Part shown: positions 37,361-47,676 of the stretch, piece by piece
Layout of the letters: every line of letters starts with the position of its first letter
How positions within the stretch are numbered: the stretch's first letter is position 1
Assembly: GCA_964016885.1 (NCBI GenBank)
Contig: OZ024758.1
Coordinates: 23,436,001-23,500,000, forward strand
Length of the DNA: 64,000 nucleotides
Direction: 5' to 3'
From: Eledone cirrhosa
Taxonomy: Eukaryota
Notes under the pieces: model-generated
Database searches by the model: none
What the model was told of the DNA's origin: nothing
The model's input: the letters and a program-made list of their open reading frames with translations, nothing else
Position numbers and translations under genes: made by a program

Positions 37361-40300
37361 TCACTCACTCACTCACTCACTCACTCACTCACTCACTCAC
37401 TCACTCACTCACTCACTCACTCACTCACTCACTCACTCACTCACTCACTCACTCACTCACTCACTCACTCACTCACTCACTCACTCACTCACTCACTCAC
37501 TCACTCACTCACTCACTCACTCACTCACTCACTCACTCACTCACTCACTCACTCACTCACTCACTCACTCACTCACTCACTCACTCACTCACTCACTCAC
37601 TCACTCACTCACTCACTCACTCACTCACTCACTCACTCACTCACTCACTCACTCACTCACTCACTCACTCACTCACTCACTCACTCACTCACTCACTCAC
37701 TCACTCACTCACTCACTCACTCACTCACTCACTCACTCACTCTCTCTCTCTCTCTCTCCCCCCTCTCTCTCTCTCTTACCCTCCTTCACTGGAAGAAATT
37801 GGCTGTGCTCAGGAGTTACAGGTAGATACGTACATAGTTGTATTGATAGCTTTTGTTATTTAGGTGAATATAAGAGGAATCAAATGTAGTACCTATGCCA
37901 CTTGTGGTGGTATTGACATATGGAGGGTGTCAGTTGATAAAGAAGTGCCTAGTGTTTGAAGTGGATAGAACCTGTGGAAAAGAGAAGCAAAGGAAGATAT
38001 AGAATAGATGTGGTGAAGACTAACATTAACCCTTTAGTATTTACATAATTCTATATATACTATTGTATTTTCCCAACAAAGGCCTTACCTCACATAATAT
38101 CGAATCTATGAGATTTTGATATTATTTATTTTGAGAACAAAACCTTAACGTTGGTATAAGCAGCCAGTTACAGCCGGTTTGAACAGAAAGAGGTGAGCGA
38201 ATTCTGGCTGGATATGACCGGTTTAAATGCTAAAGGGTTAAGAGGCTGAGGCTCGTGAAAGATACAACAAAGGGCCAAGATAATAGGCAGTATTCTTTCA
38301 TGGAACAAACTACCTGCATCAGTTGTTAGCTGTCGAGACACTGCATCCTTTAAAACCTCCATGCTTCCTGAGATTCGCCAACACTACACCTAATGTTCCC
38401 CCTCCATACACATACACACATGTATATCATGACTCCTACACTATTCACTTCCCTGACATTTGTATATTATTCTATGTACTATACATGCACCTTTGACGAG
38501 TTGTAGTGCACCTGAGCACTTTGCACAATAATTTCATTATTATTATTATAAGGGCAGTGGATTGGCAGTATCGGTAGAGGGTCGGACGCCATTCTTTCCA
38601 GCATAGTTACGTCCCTTTACGATCTGAGTTCAAATCCCGCCGAGGTTGACTTTGCCTTTCATCCTTACGGGGTCGATAAAATAAAGTACCAGTAATGCAC
38701 TGTGTAATTGCTGGCCTTGTGCCTAAAGTAGAAACAATTATTATGATAAGAGTTATTGTACAATAAAATTAAATTAGTTTATTAATGTTTTGTTTTTAAC
38801 TAGGTACCACATTGCAACTGGTAGTGAAGACAATACAGCTAGGTTATGGGATATTCGTCAACATAAATGTGTCTACACCATTCCTGCTCACACCAACCTT
38901 GTATCACATGTGAAATTCCAACGTAAGTAAGATCTTAGTTTACCTACCTTTGCTCTATTTCATTAAGCCTCTTAACCATCATCCTTATCATCAGTAGCAT
39001 CATTTATATCACTGTCATCATCATTTCATTTTACCTCCGCTTTTTCCCTGCTTGCAAGGGTGGGACGGGAACTGATTCTGGCTGCCCTTCCTAACACCAA
39101 CCTCATTTACAGTGAGTGCTGAGTGCTTTTTTACCGTGGCGCCTCCACGACCACTTTGCAGTGGAATGATAGGGACCCGAGTCCTATCATCTCATTTCTA
39201 CAGCTGAGTAAACTGGAGCAATGTGAAATAAAGTGTCTTGCTCAAGGAAACACCTCACCCAGTCTGAGAATTGAACTCACAACCTTTCGATTGCAAGGCC
39301 AATGCTCTAACCACTAAGCCATGTGCCTCCTTTATCATAACTAGTACTTATGAAATAAGTAATATTTGATTTCTTTACTAAGTATGGTTTAGATGGGTTG
39401 TTATATTCTGAGGCATGTCAGGTCAGGTGAACATGTCCTGCTCATACGTTCTATTTGGGGCTTGGTTTACATGACTGGATGCCTTTCCTAACAGCAATCA
39501 CTTTACAGCATTTGGGAGATGTTTTGGCAGCACCAGCACTACCACCTTACATTCACATAAGTATATATGTAACCCTTGCTAACAGGGAAAACTGACATTA
39601 AATGATGATGATGATGGTACACATATGTACAAGCATGGAAAAACGGATTTGTAAAAACGATGATGATATACATATAAAAACGATGATGATATATATAAAG
39701 TGGTCTGTTGGTGACACAACAAAAAACACCCAGTACTCACTGTAAATGTGGTTGGTGTTAGGAAAAGCATCCAGTCATAGAAACCAAGCCAGAATCAGTT
39801 CTGTATAAGCAAAACACAATCATCTGATGTGGCTTGTCTCGCAACGGGATAACTAGTCTAACCTATGCTAGTGTGTCAAAATGGACATTGAATGGTGATG
39901 ATGATGATGATGATAGTATATCTTATTTGTTTGATATTTAAAAAAAATATTTTACATGACCTTTGTTTAATTTTGTTATCTATATATTTATTTCCAGCTG
40001 ACCATGGCCATTACTTGGTAACTTCTTCATATGATAACACATCTAAGGTCAGTAGTTTGGTTTTATATCTTTCCCCACCATAGTTGTAGTCTTGTTTGGT
40101 GTAGTTTTACTCTATAGGCTACATCTAGATCAGGGGTGTGCAACATATTCCATTGGAACAACTATTAGGGCCATTAATATTTATTAAGGAGGCACATGGC
40201 TTAGTGGTTAGAGCATTAGCCTTGCAATCGAAAGATTGTGAGTTCAATTCTCAGACCAGGTGATGTGTTGTTTCCTTGAGTAAGACACTTTATTTCACAT

Positions 40301-41954
40301 TGCTCCAGTTTTCTCAGCTGTAGAAATGAGATGATAGGGACTGGGGTCCATATCATTCCACTGCAAAGTGGTCGTGGAGGTGCCACGGCAAAAAAGCACC
40401 CAGCACTCACTGTAAATTAGGTTGGTGTTAGGAAGGGCATCCAGCTGTAGAAATCAAACCAGAATCAGTTCCCGTCTCACCCTTGGAAGCAGGGAAAAAG
40501 CAGACGTAAAATGAAATGATGATGACGATGATATTCCAAAGATTCACCAACTTCTTTCCATAACATGGAACTAGGGAAATTATAACACATATAACCCTAT
40601 CAGTGAAGCCCTTTAGTATAGGTCAACTAACAGAAAATTGTATTACAGTTACGAAAAAAATTCTAAATGAGCCTACAAGGTAAAACTTAAAAACGGTCAT
40701 CGTGGGCCTCTCTGACTGGTCTGGCCCGCGAGCTGCCTGTTCAACGCCCCTGATTTAGATGTTGTATGATGTAGTTAGAAAGCAAACTGTGAAATAGGGG
40801 GTTTGTGATGTTGCAGAATTATCAACTCAAGAAACTGTATATCATACAATATGTATGAGGGTCGGCTGACTATGAAGGAGTGAGGCTAGAGCTGTGAAAT
40901 CTTGCATGCATTTATTTCTTCTTATGACCAAATGAGGTTTATTTTTCAACATAGTCCCTAGAAAGAAACAATGTAGTTATGAATAAGACGAGTTGAAATT
41001 AATGCATGAAAGATTTCACAGCTCTAGTATCATTTCTTCATAGTCAGCCTATGAACTTTTCAGATTAAAGTTCAAAAGAGCTGAAGTCATTGCAGTTACA
41101 ATAGAAGTACACAATTCAAAGTAACCAGTTTGCTCCAGAACTTTTCCAATATGTTCAGATATAAGTTGTAGAAGATGTACTCTTTTGTGATGAATATTTG
41201 TACCCTATAAAAGAGTCAAATAGTTGTTTAGATCTTAAATATTGTTTAGTGTTGGATGGGATGACTTCTTATAGAAGTCCTCAACCTTGTGACTACCAAT
41301 AGCAACATTTCCCAACAGGATATGAATATGGGCAATGACAAAAGTAGATGAAATACACCCTATTTCAATTAATGAAGAATTTTGAAGGATTTACTAAAAT
41401 TATTATTTATTTCATTACTAAGATAATAACTTAATATAAGGTTCTTATATAAAATTATGTTGAAAGATTTTAATTTAAATTGGAAACCTTTAAAATGAGT
41501 GGTTTTATTTCATAGAACCAGAGCTGGTTATGGCCAGGTTGGTAACTAAAGGATTAACAGTGTTGTTACTCATTATCGTTTTTCACGTTCGCGTTTCCAA
41601 GCTTGCATGGGTTTGACGGGTCCTTCTCAGCACAGCATCTTTCCACTTCTCGCTTTCCTTCATCATCTCCTCTTCCAGTCATTAATGCATTTATAAATGT
41701 TTAAAGGTAACATGCTTTGAATTAGGGAGCCTTTATTTACAGTGTTCTTAATCACATCTACAAATATTTCAACTGTTTGGTTTTTATGTTTCCAGATCTG
41801 GACTCACCCAACATGGTCACCAATGAAAACGCTCGCTGGACATGAAGGAAAAATTATGGGTTTTGACATTTCACCAGATCTCAAATATATGGCATCTTCT
41901 TCCTACGATCGGACATTTAAGCTGTGGGCCTCAGAAATGTTAGGGAGTCTCTGA
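6084..41954 (+). CDS. PRPF4: U4/U6 snRNP protein Prp4 (PRP4 domain plus WD40 repeats), complete 15-exon CDS, 511 aa
   Basis: Exons 6084-6240, 7583-7659, 9771-9843, 10508-10632, 11997-12076, 13270-13363, 15015-15109, 16834-16892, 20648-20771, 35011-35103, 36308-36430, 36983-37090, 38804-38922, 39998-40047 and 41796-41954 splice in frame with GT-AG boundaries (1536 nt). The peptide has Prp4 signatures [55 protein letters not shown] and [11 protein letters not shown]. Confidence 0.97.
6700..6945 (+). mobile_element. Ingi/Vingi-like LINE 3' end
   Basis: C-terminal [14 protein letters not shown] zinc knuckle, stop codon, short UTR and (AAG)n tail; a related fragment lies at 34817-34941. The clade is assigned from memory. 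Confidence 0.65.
7003..7397. mobile_element. Foldback (palindromic) repeat family copy
   Basis: Imperfect ~160-bp arms 7003-7163 and 7211-7370, TA-flanked; a homologous foldback lies at 43321-43533. Confidence 0.8.
7583..7659 (+). CDS. PRPF4: PRPF4 coding exon 2 ([25 protein letters not shown])
   Basis: tttcag| ... |gtgagt. Confidence 0.95.
8503..8648. mobile_element. hAT-like MITE
   Basis: CAGAGTTTCCCAAA ... TTTGGGAACCACTG ends; a related copy lies at 60836-60985. Confidence 0.6.
9771..9843 (+). CDS. PRPF4: PRPF4 coding exon 3 ([24 protein letters not shown])
   Basis: tgtag| ... |gtaagt. Confidence 0.95.
10508..10632 (+). CDS. PRPF4: PRPF4 coding exon 4 ([17 protein letters not shown]...KKKREE)
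   Basis: tccag| ... |gtaaat. Confidence 0.95.
10949..11805 (-). mobile_element. 5'-truncated RTE LINE with a long 3'UTR
   Basis: ORF 11249-11698 ([20 protein letters not shown]...[12 protein letters not shown]...GRPKMTW), then about 300 bp of UTR ending in (TGA)n. Related pieces at 9208-9685, 12250-13054, 15745-16209, 54700-55080 and 63577-63985. Confidence 0.9.
11997..12076 (+). CDS. PRPF4: PRPF4 coding exon 5 ([26 protein letters not shown])
   Basis: tttag| ... |gtaagt. Confidence 0.95.
12250..13054 (+). mobile_element. Decayed RTE LINE 3' end nested in a piggyBac-type MITE
   Basis: [12 protein letters not shown]...SRKTWDD peptide with UTR and (GAT)n tail; MITE halves lie at 12098-12248 and 13052-13110. 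Confidence 0.8.
13270..13363 (+). CDS. PRPF4: PRPF4 coding exon 6 (SKKRIKLQ...HDLHKRIR)
   Basis: tgtag| ... |gtattt; phases fit both neighbours. Confidence 0.9.
15015..15109 (+). CDS. PRPF4: PRPF4 coding exon 7 ([31 protein letters not shown])
   Basis: tgtag| ... |gtaagt. Confidence 0.95.
15272..15669. mobile_element. RTE/RTE-X LINE 3' fragment with an inverted 5' segment
   Basis: Minus segment ([15 protein letters not shown]...RRL) joined to a plus segment ([21 protein letters not shown]...*); 9-bp TSD ATATGTCTG at 15263-15271 and 15670-15678. Confidence 0.85.
16383..16533. mobile_element. pogo/Tc1-superfamily MITE
   Basis: TA|CCGTATTTCCCGGCG..AAGACGC / GCGTCTT..CGCCAGGAAATACGA|TA. Confidence 0.75.
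16834..16892 (+). CDS. PRPF4: PRPF4 coding exon 8 ([19 protein letters not shown])
   Basis: AAG acceptor after a (TTAT)n/poly-T tract; donor gtttgt. Confidence 0.93.
17679..17751 (+). ncRNA. Type I hammerhead ribozyme motif
   Basis: Perfect 17-bp stem I (17679-17695/17735-17751), CTGATGA 17696-17702, short stem II (TTC-tcct-GAA, T.T at base), GAAA 17715-17718, stem III ACAG-ttctagtc-CTGT, and GUA cleavage triplet 17732-17734. Confidence 0.8.
19919..20473 (-). mobile_element. Solo LTR (555 bp) inserted in a SINE tail
   Basis: 4-bp TSD GACT (19915-19918, 20474-20477), ends TTTAG (degenerate TGTAG)...CTACA, and AATAAA on the minus strand near 20190. The SINE tail GGAC|TAAAATGATG resumes after the insert. 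Confidence 0.65.
20648..20771 (+). CDS. PRPF4: PRPF4 coding exon 9 ([13 protein letters not shown]...[10 protein letters not shown])
   Basis: tacag| ... |gtaaat; WD40 repeat. Confidence 0.95.
20825..33836 (-). mobile_element. tRNA-derived SINE hosting the satellite
   Basis: 33685-33836 is the reverse complement of a tRNA-like head (A and B boxes) plus the 'gagcaagacactttatttca' core shared with other SINEs in the window. 20825-20870 is the presumed 3' remainder. Confidence 0.7.
20871..33684. repeat. 128-bp tandem satellite, 100 copies, in the PRPF4 intron 20772-35010
   Basis: Unit CAGTCAACGGAACAGCC...GGCTGGCCCTTT. The span is 12814 bp = 100 x 128 plus 7 units carrying a 2-bp insertion. Confidence 0.97.
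33864..34071. mobile_element. piggyBac-type MITE (~208 bp, TTAA TSD)
   Basis: TTAA|CCCTTTAGCATTTA...TAAATGCTAAAGGG|TTAA. Copies at 10162-10371, 35963-36170, 38030-38237, 44246-44442, 53789-53952 and 54229-54414; interrupted or partial copies at 9036, 12100, 53155, 53508, 58577 and 62920. Confidence 0.88.
34165..34340. repeat. 22-bp minisatellite (TATACCTATTGTTTACTATTGA)n
   Basis: About 8 copies read directly. Confidence 0.85.
35011..35103 (+). CDS. PRPF4: PRPF4 coding exon 10 ([30 protein letters not shown])
   Basis: cttag| ... |gtcagt. Confidence 0.95.
35362..35708 (-). mobile_element. SINE with a family-B-like head and core but a different 3' half
   Basis: 35570-35708 matches the family B head and core; 35362-35560 is an unrelated tail. 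Confidence 0.65.
35963..36170. mobile_element. piggyBac-type MITE inserted into a ~67-bp tandem repeat
   Basis: Neighbouring repeat units show the empty site TACTAACATTAAGCCAAGG with a single TTAA, which confirms the TTAA duplication. Confidence 0.9.
36308..36430 (+). CDS. PRPF4: PRPF4 coding exon 11 ([22 protein letters not shown]...)
   Basis: tgcag| ... |gtgagt. Confidence 0.95.
36417..36928. repeat. ~44-bp tandem repeat spanning an exon end and its splice donor
   Basis: About 9 copies of CTAGCAAGTAGAGGGTGAGTGTGAGAGTTGCCTTAAATCTTTGCT; the first copy overlaps the exon 11 3' end. Confidence 0.85.
36983..37090 (+). CDS. PRPF4: PRPF4 coding exon 12 ([25 protein letters not shown]...)
   Basis: ttcag| ... 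|gtaagt. Confidence 0.96.
37311..37775. repeat. (CACT)n microsatellite of about 380 bp flanked by (CT)n
   Basis: Direct reading; it explains the HSLT-repeat ORFs. Confidence 0.97.
38552..38742 (+). mobile_element. SINE family A copy
   Basis: Near-identical to 254-447; ends about 60 bp upstream of the exon 13 acceptor. Confidence 0.85.
38804..38922 (+). CDS. PRPF4: PRPF4 coding exon 13 ([29 protein letters not shown]...)
   Basis: actag| ... |gtaagt. Confidence 0.95.
39015..39330 (-). mobile_element. SINE family B copy
   Basis: Reverse complement of the family B consensus. Confidence 0.85.
39998..40047 (+). CDS. PRPF4: PRPF4 coding exon 14 ([16 protein letters not shown])
   Basis: tccag| ... 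|gtcagt. Confidence 0.93.
40188..40531 (+). mobile_element. SINE family B copy
   Basis: Full length with (TGA)n tail. Confidence 0.85.
41796..41954 (+). CDS. PRPF4: PRPF4 last coding exon ([19 protein letters not shown]...[11 protein letters not shown])
   Basis: tccag| acceptor; TGA at 41952-41954. Confidence 0.96.
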   Translation: MWTHPTWSPMKTLAGHEGKIMGFDISPDLKYMASSSYDRTFKLWASEMLGSL

Positions 41955-42353
41955 TATGTGACAGTCATTGACTGTGTGTCAGATAGAACGATATTCTATA
42001 AGTACAAGAGTCAGCTGAAAAGATCACAAGCTGACCAAATTACTCTCATGGAATAACCAAATGAGGTTTATTTTTCAACAAGGTCCCAGGAGAGAAACAA
42101 TGCAGTTATTAATAAGAAGTGTTGAAATGAATGCATACAAGATTTCACAGCTCTAGCATCAATCCTTCATAGTCAGCCTATGAACCTGTCAACCCACTCA
42201 TTTATTTACTTTATGATAAATGATCATTACCACCCATTGCCATCAAATCTATTTTTCAGAAACTCTAACTAAAAGTTAGCCCCTTGTATTTTTCTTCACT
42301 GTTTATACTGAAATAGTATCACTTCTGATAGTCTAATATTATCTTATGGGTCG

Positions 42354-42540
42354 GTGGATATGCAGTATCGGTAGAGGGTCGGACGCCAAGCTTTGCAGCA
42401 TAGAGTTACGGCCCTTTATGATCTGAGTTCAAGCCCCGCCAAGGTTAACTTTGCCTTTCATCCTTACGAGGTCGACGAAATAAAGTACCAGTAATAAACT
42501 GTGATAATTGCTGGCCTTGTGCCAAAATTAGAAACAATTA
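42354..42540 (+). mobile_element. SINE family A copy with a 16-bp TSD, in the PRPF4 3' region
   Basis: TSD ATTATCTTATGGGTCG at 42338-42353 and 42537-42552. Confidence 0.88.
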
Positions 42541-44747
42541 TCTTATGGGTCGATTCAATAAACTTCACCCTACCCCAACATTGCTGGCCTTGTACCTAAA
42601 TCAGAAACCATTATCTTATTGACCATAACAGCCTACCTACTTTGACCAGTGATTATCCTAACCACCATACTTACAACTATTGCTACACCGTTTTTAAAAA
42701 CAAGTAAAATAAAAGTTAAAAATGAGAATGTGAATCATCACATTTGCCATATAAAAAGTATATAAAACCTTTTGTACAATATTATATATAAATGTTTGTG
42801 TATAAAAAAAAAATCATCCATCTTTGGATTCAGCATTACTGTATATGATTTTTTTAAATCATAGTTTTGTTTTTGTCTATATATATTGGTATATATGTCA
42901 TGTGTGTATATATATATATACATTGTGTGTGTATGTATGTACATACATACACACACATATATATATCATCATCATCATCATCATCATCATTTTACGTCCA
43001 CTTTTCCCTGCTTGCAAGGGTGGGACGGGAACTGATTCTGGCTTTATTTCTACAGCTGGATGCCCTTCCTAACACCAACCTCATTTACAGTGAGTGCTGG
43101 GTGCTTTTTTGCCGTGGCAGTGGAATGATAGGGACCCCAGTCCCTATCATCTCATTTCTACAGCTGAGTAAACTGGAGCAATGTGAAATAAAGTGTCTTG
43201 CTCAAGGACACAACACATCACCCGGTCTGAGAATTGAACTCACAACCTTTCGATTGCAAGGCCAATGCTCTAACCACTAAGCCATGTGCCTCCATATATA
43301 TATTAATAACAAAGTTTTGTAGCTTGCTTGAAGCATTGTTGAATAGGAAACACAAATTTAAATTTTGAAAACCACACAATGCGTTAGAAAGAACATTAAA
43401 TCGCCAAGATAATAAAAGAATCTTACCTTAGCAAATTTAATGGGATGGGACCATTAAATTTTCTAAGGTATGTTCTTTTATTATCTTGGCGATTTAATGT
43501 TCTTTCTAACGCATTGTGTGGTTTTCAAAATTTGGAGGCACATGGCTTAGTGGTTAGAGCATTGGCCTTGCAATCGAAAGGTTGTGAGTTCAATTCTCAG
43601 ACCAGGTGATGTGTTGTTTCCTTGAGCAAGACACTTTATTTCACATTGCTCCAGTTTACTCAGCTGTAGAAATGAGATGATAGGACTGGGGTCCCTATCA
43701 TTCCACTGCAAAGTGGTCGTGGAGGTGCCACGACAAAAAAAACACCCAGCCCACACTGTAAAGTGGACGTGTAGGCGCCACGGAAAAAAAGCACCCAGCA
43801 CTCACTGTAAATGAGGTTGGGGTTAGGAAGGGCATCCAGCTGTAGAAATCAAGCCAGAATCAGTTCCCGTCCCACCCTTGCAAGCAGGGAAAAAGCGGAC
43901 ATAAAATGAAATGATGATTAATATATGTTATGTTGGTACCACAAAACATCCAGCCCACACTGTAAAGTGGTCATGTAACAGACACAACAAAAAAGCACCC
44001 AGCACACACTGTAAACGTGGTTGGCATTAGGAAGGGCATCCAGCCGTAGAAAACCAGCCAGAAACAGTCCTATATGAGCAAGACACGGTGACCTGACCCA
44101 ATTTGTCTCTAAATGGGACAAACCCGTCTGACCCATGCTAGCATGGAAGATAGACATTAAACGATGATGATGAGTCTGTTTTTCCAATGTTAAAAAACTG
44201 CAACAAAGCTAATGCTACTGAAAAAAATGTTAGCAATAGCTTAACCCTCTACCATTTAAAATGGCCGCATCCAGCCAGAATTCACCTCTTTCTGTTCAAA
44301 CCAGTCACAATCGACTGCTCATAGTGATGTTAAGGTATTGTTCTCAAAGTAAATATCACCATCTCGTAGATTCGATATTATGTGAGATAAAGTGTTTACT
44401 GTGAAAACAATAGTAAATATAGAATAATGTAAATGCTAAAGGGTTAAAGAGTGCCTGGCCAAATGCATTTGAGAATTTACGAGGGTCAACTGAAACATAG
44501 GCTGACCAAGATACTCATGGAATGATCAAATGAGGTTTATTTTTCAGCTAAATTAACTATAGGGATATAAAATATACAGAAGCGAAAACCCAATTCAAAG
44601 CAAACAGTGAATGTGTTTTATTATTGTTTCTGGCAATATAACAATATGACCCTCCCCAAATATGACAATATTTGTTTCAACATACGATTTCATATCAAAA
44701 ACCTTGCAAAACAAATTCACACACACGCACATATATATATAGTATGG

Positions 44748-44787
<40 letters not shown>

Positions 44788-45981
44788 GGAGAGAGAGAGA
44801 GATAGATAGATATAGATATACATACACACACACCACGAAAAGCATGGGCGGGGGTGGTGAGAGCTGACCTCAGATCGCTGAAGTCCACAGAGGAGATGGA
44901 GAGATGCTGTGCTGAAGAGGATCCGTCTCTCTCTTGTAAAATGATGCAAGAGACACGGTAAAAAGGCTCCCAGTCCACACTGTAAACGTGGTTGGTGTTA
45001 GGAAGGGCATCCAGCCGTAAAAAAACCTGCCAGACATTTCCGTACGAGCGAGACACGGTCTCCCGACCATTCCCACATCAAATGGAACAAAACCGTCTAT
45101 CGTGGAAAATTGACGTTAAACGTTGATGATGATGGTACAAGGCAAAACAAAACAAACACGAAGAACCATTACAAAATATATTATTGGGTTAACGGTTGTA
45201 GAGATTCAAACCTCTTTACTTCTTTGGGAGCAAAAAGTACTTTTTAAAAATTTTATTTCACTATTAATGAAAGAATTAATACGTTGGTCATTTCAATGGA
45301 GGCACATAGCTTAATGGTTAGAGCATTGACCTTGCAATCGAAAGGTTGTGAGTTCAATTCTCAGACCAGGTGATGTGTTTTTCCTTGAGCAAGACACTTT
45401 ATTTCACATTGCTCCAGTTTACTCAGCTGTAGAAATGAGATGATAGGGACCCCAGTCCCTATCATTCCACTGTAAAGTGTAGGCGCCATGGAAAAAAGCA
45501 CCCAGCAATGAGGTTGGTGTTAGGAAGGGCATCCAGCTGTAGAAATCTAGCCAGAATCAGATCCCGTCCCACCCTTGCAAGCAGGGAAAAGCGGACGTAA
45601 AATGAAATGATGATTTCTGTAAAATCTTCACATTTTACAGATAGAAATAAATATTGGCGTTTTGTCATACAATAAATATTAAATAAATATAATTACAAAT
45701 ATATAATTTTAAAGCTTTTAATTCTTCAAAAATATTGCCTCAATAAGGCCTGGGAGGGATGTTAATATATATATATATTATAAATAATAACATTTAGAGT
45801 AATTAATATTTGCAGTCAAATCTTCAATAGTTCCCACATCTAAGATGTTTCAGGGGGTTTTGTCTTGGGTCTTGGTCACAAAATATATTTTTTAAAAATT
45901 CGATTTCATATTAATTTATTATTATTTTCTTCTTCTATACAAATGAGTATACTGTAAAATGGTATTGCACGTTAGATTAAC

Positions 45982-47676
45982 AGATTTATATATTTTCAGT
46001 TCTACAGAGATCAGATATAAAAATATCGCCAGTCTTCTATAAAAGATTCATATATTTTCATTTCTATTGATGTCAGGTATAAAAATATCGCCAGCCTTCT
46101 ATAAAAGATTCATATGTTTTCATTTCTATTGATGTCAGATATAAAAATATCGCCAGCCTTCTAAAAAAGATTCATATATATTCAGTTCTATTGATGTCAG
46201 GTATAAAAATATCGCCAGTCTTCTAAAAAAGATTCATATATATTCAGTTCTATTGATGTTAGATCTAAAAATATCGCCAGCCTTCTATAAAAGATTCATA
46301 TATATTCAGTTCTATTGATGTCAGGTATAAAAATATCGCCAGCCTTCTATAAAAGATTTATATATATTCAGTTCTATTGATGTCAGGTATAAAAATATCG
46401 CCAGTCTTCTATAAAAGATTCATCGCCAGTCTTCTATAAAAGATTCATATATATTCAGTTCTATTGATGTCAGATATAAAAAATATCGCCAGTCTTCTAT
46501 AAAAGATTCACATATTTTCAGTTCTATTGATGTCAGATATAAAAATATCGCCAGTCTCCTATAAAAGATTTATATATTTTCAGTTCTATTGATGTCAGAT
46601 ATAAAAATATCGCCAGCCTTCTATAAAAGATTCACATATTTTCAGTTCTATTGATGTCAGATATAAAAATATCGCCAGTCTCCTATAAAAGATTTATATA
46701 TTTTCAGTTCTATTGATGTCAGATATAAAAATATCGCCAGCCTTCTATAAAAGATTTATATATTTTCAGTTCTATTGATGTCAGATATAAAAATATCGCC
46801 AGTCTTCTGTTAAAGATTCACATATTTTCAGTTCTATTGATGTCAGATATAAAAATATCGCCAGTCTTCTGTTAAAGATTCACATATTTTCAGTTCTATT
46901 GATGTCAGATATAAAAATATCGCCAGCCTTCTATAAAAGATTCATATATTTTCAGTTCTATTGATGTCAGATATAAAAATATCGCCAGCCTTCTATAAAA
47001 GATTCACATATTTTCAGTTCTATTGATGTCAGATATAAAAATATCGCCAGCCTTCTATAAAAGATTTATATATTTTCAGTTCTATTGATGTCAGATATAA
47101 AAATATCGCCAGTCTTCTGTTAAAGATTCACATATTTTCAGTTCTATTGATGTCAGATATAAAAATATCGCCAGTCTTCTGTTAAAGATTCACATATTTT
47201 CAGTTCTATTGATGTCAGATATAAAAATATCGCCAGTCTTCTGTTAAAGATTCACATATTTTCAGTTCTATTGATGTCAGATATAAAAATATCGCCAGCC
47301 TTCTATAAAAGATTCATATATTTTCAGTTCTATTCATGTCAAATATAAAAATATTGCCAGTCTTCTATAAAAGATTCATATATTTTCAGTTCTATTGATG
47401 TCAGATATAAAAATATCGCCAGTCTTCTATAAAAGATTCATATATTTTCAGTTCTATTCATGTCAGATATAAAAATATCGCCAGTCTTCTATAAAAGATT
47501 TATATATTTTCAGTTCTATTGATGTCAGATATAAAAATATCGCCAGTCTTCTGTTAAAGATTCATATATTTACAGTTGTACAGAGGTCAGCAATATATAA
47601 ATGTTGCCATTCTTCTGTTAAAGATTAATATATTTCCAGTTCTACTGAGGTTAGATATATAAAAATATCGCCAGTT
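45982..47676. repeat. 62-bp AT-rich minisatellite, about 27 copies
   Basis: Unit GATGTCAGATATAAAAATATCGCCAGTCTTCTATAAAAGATTCATATATTTTCAGTTCTATT; homogeneous centre and degenerate edges. Confidence 0.93.

Noticed and set aside
37183-37863. 226-aa and 195-aa ORFs (HSLT repeats)
   Set aside because: Translations of a (CACT)n microsatellite.
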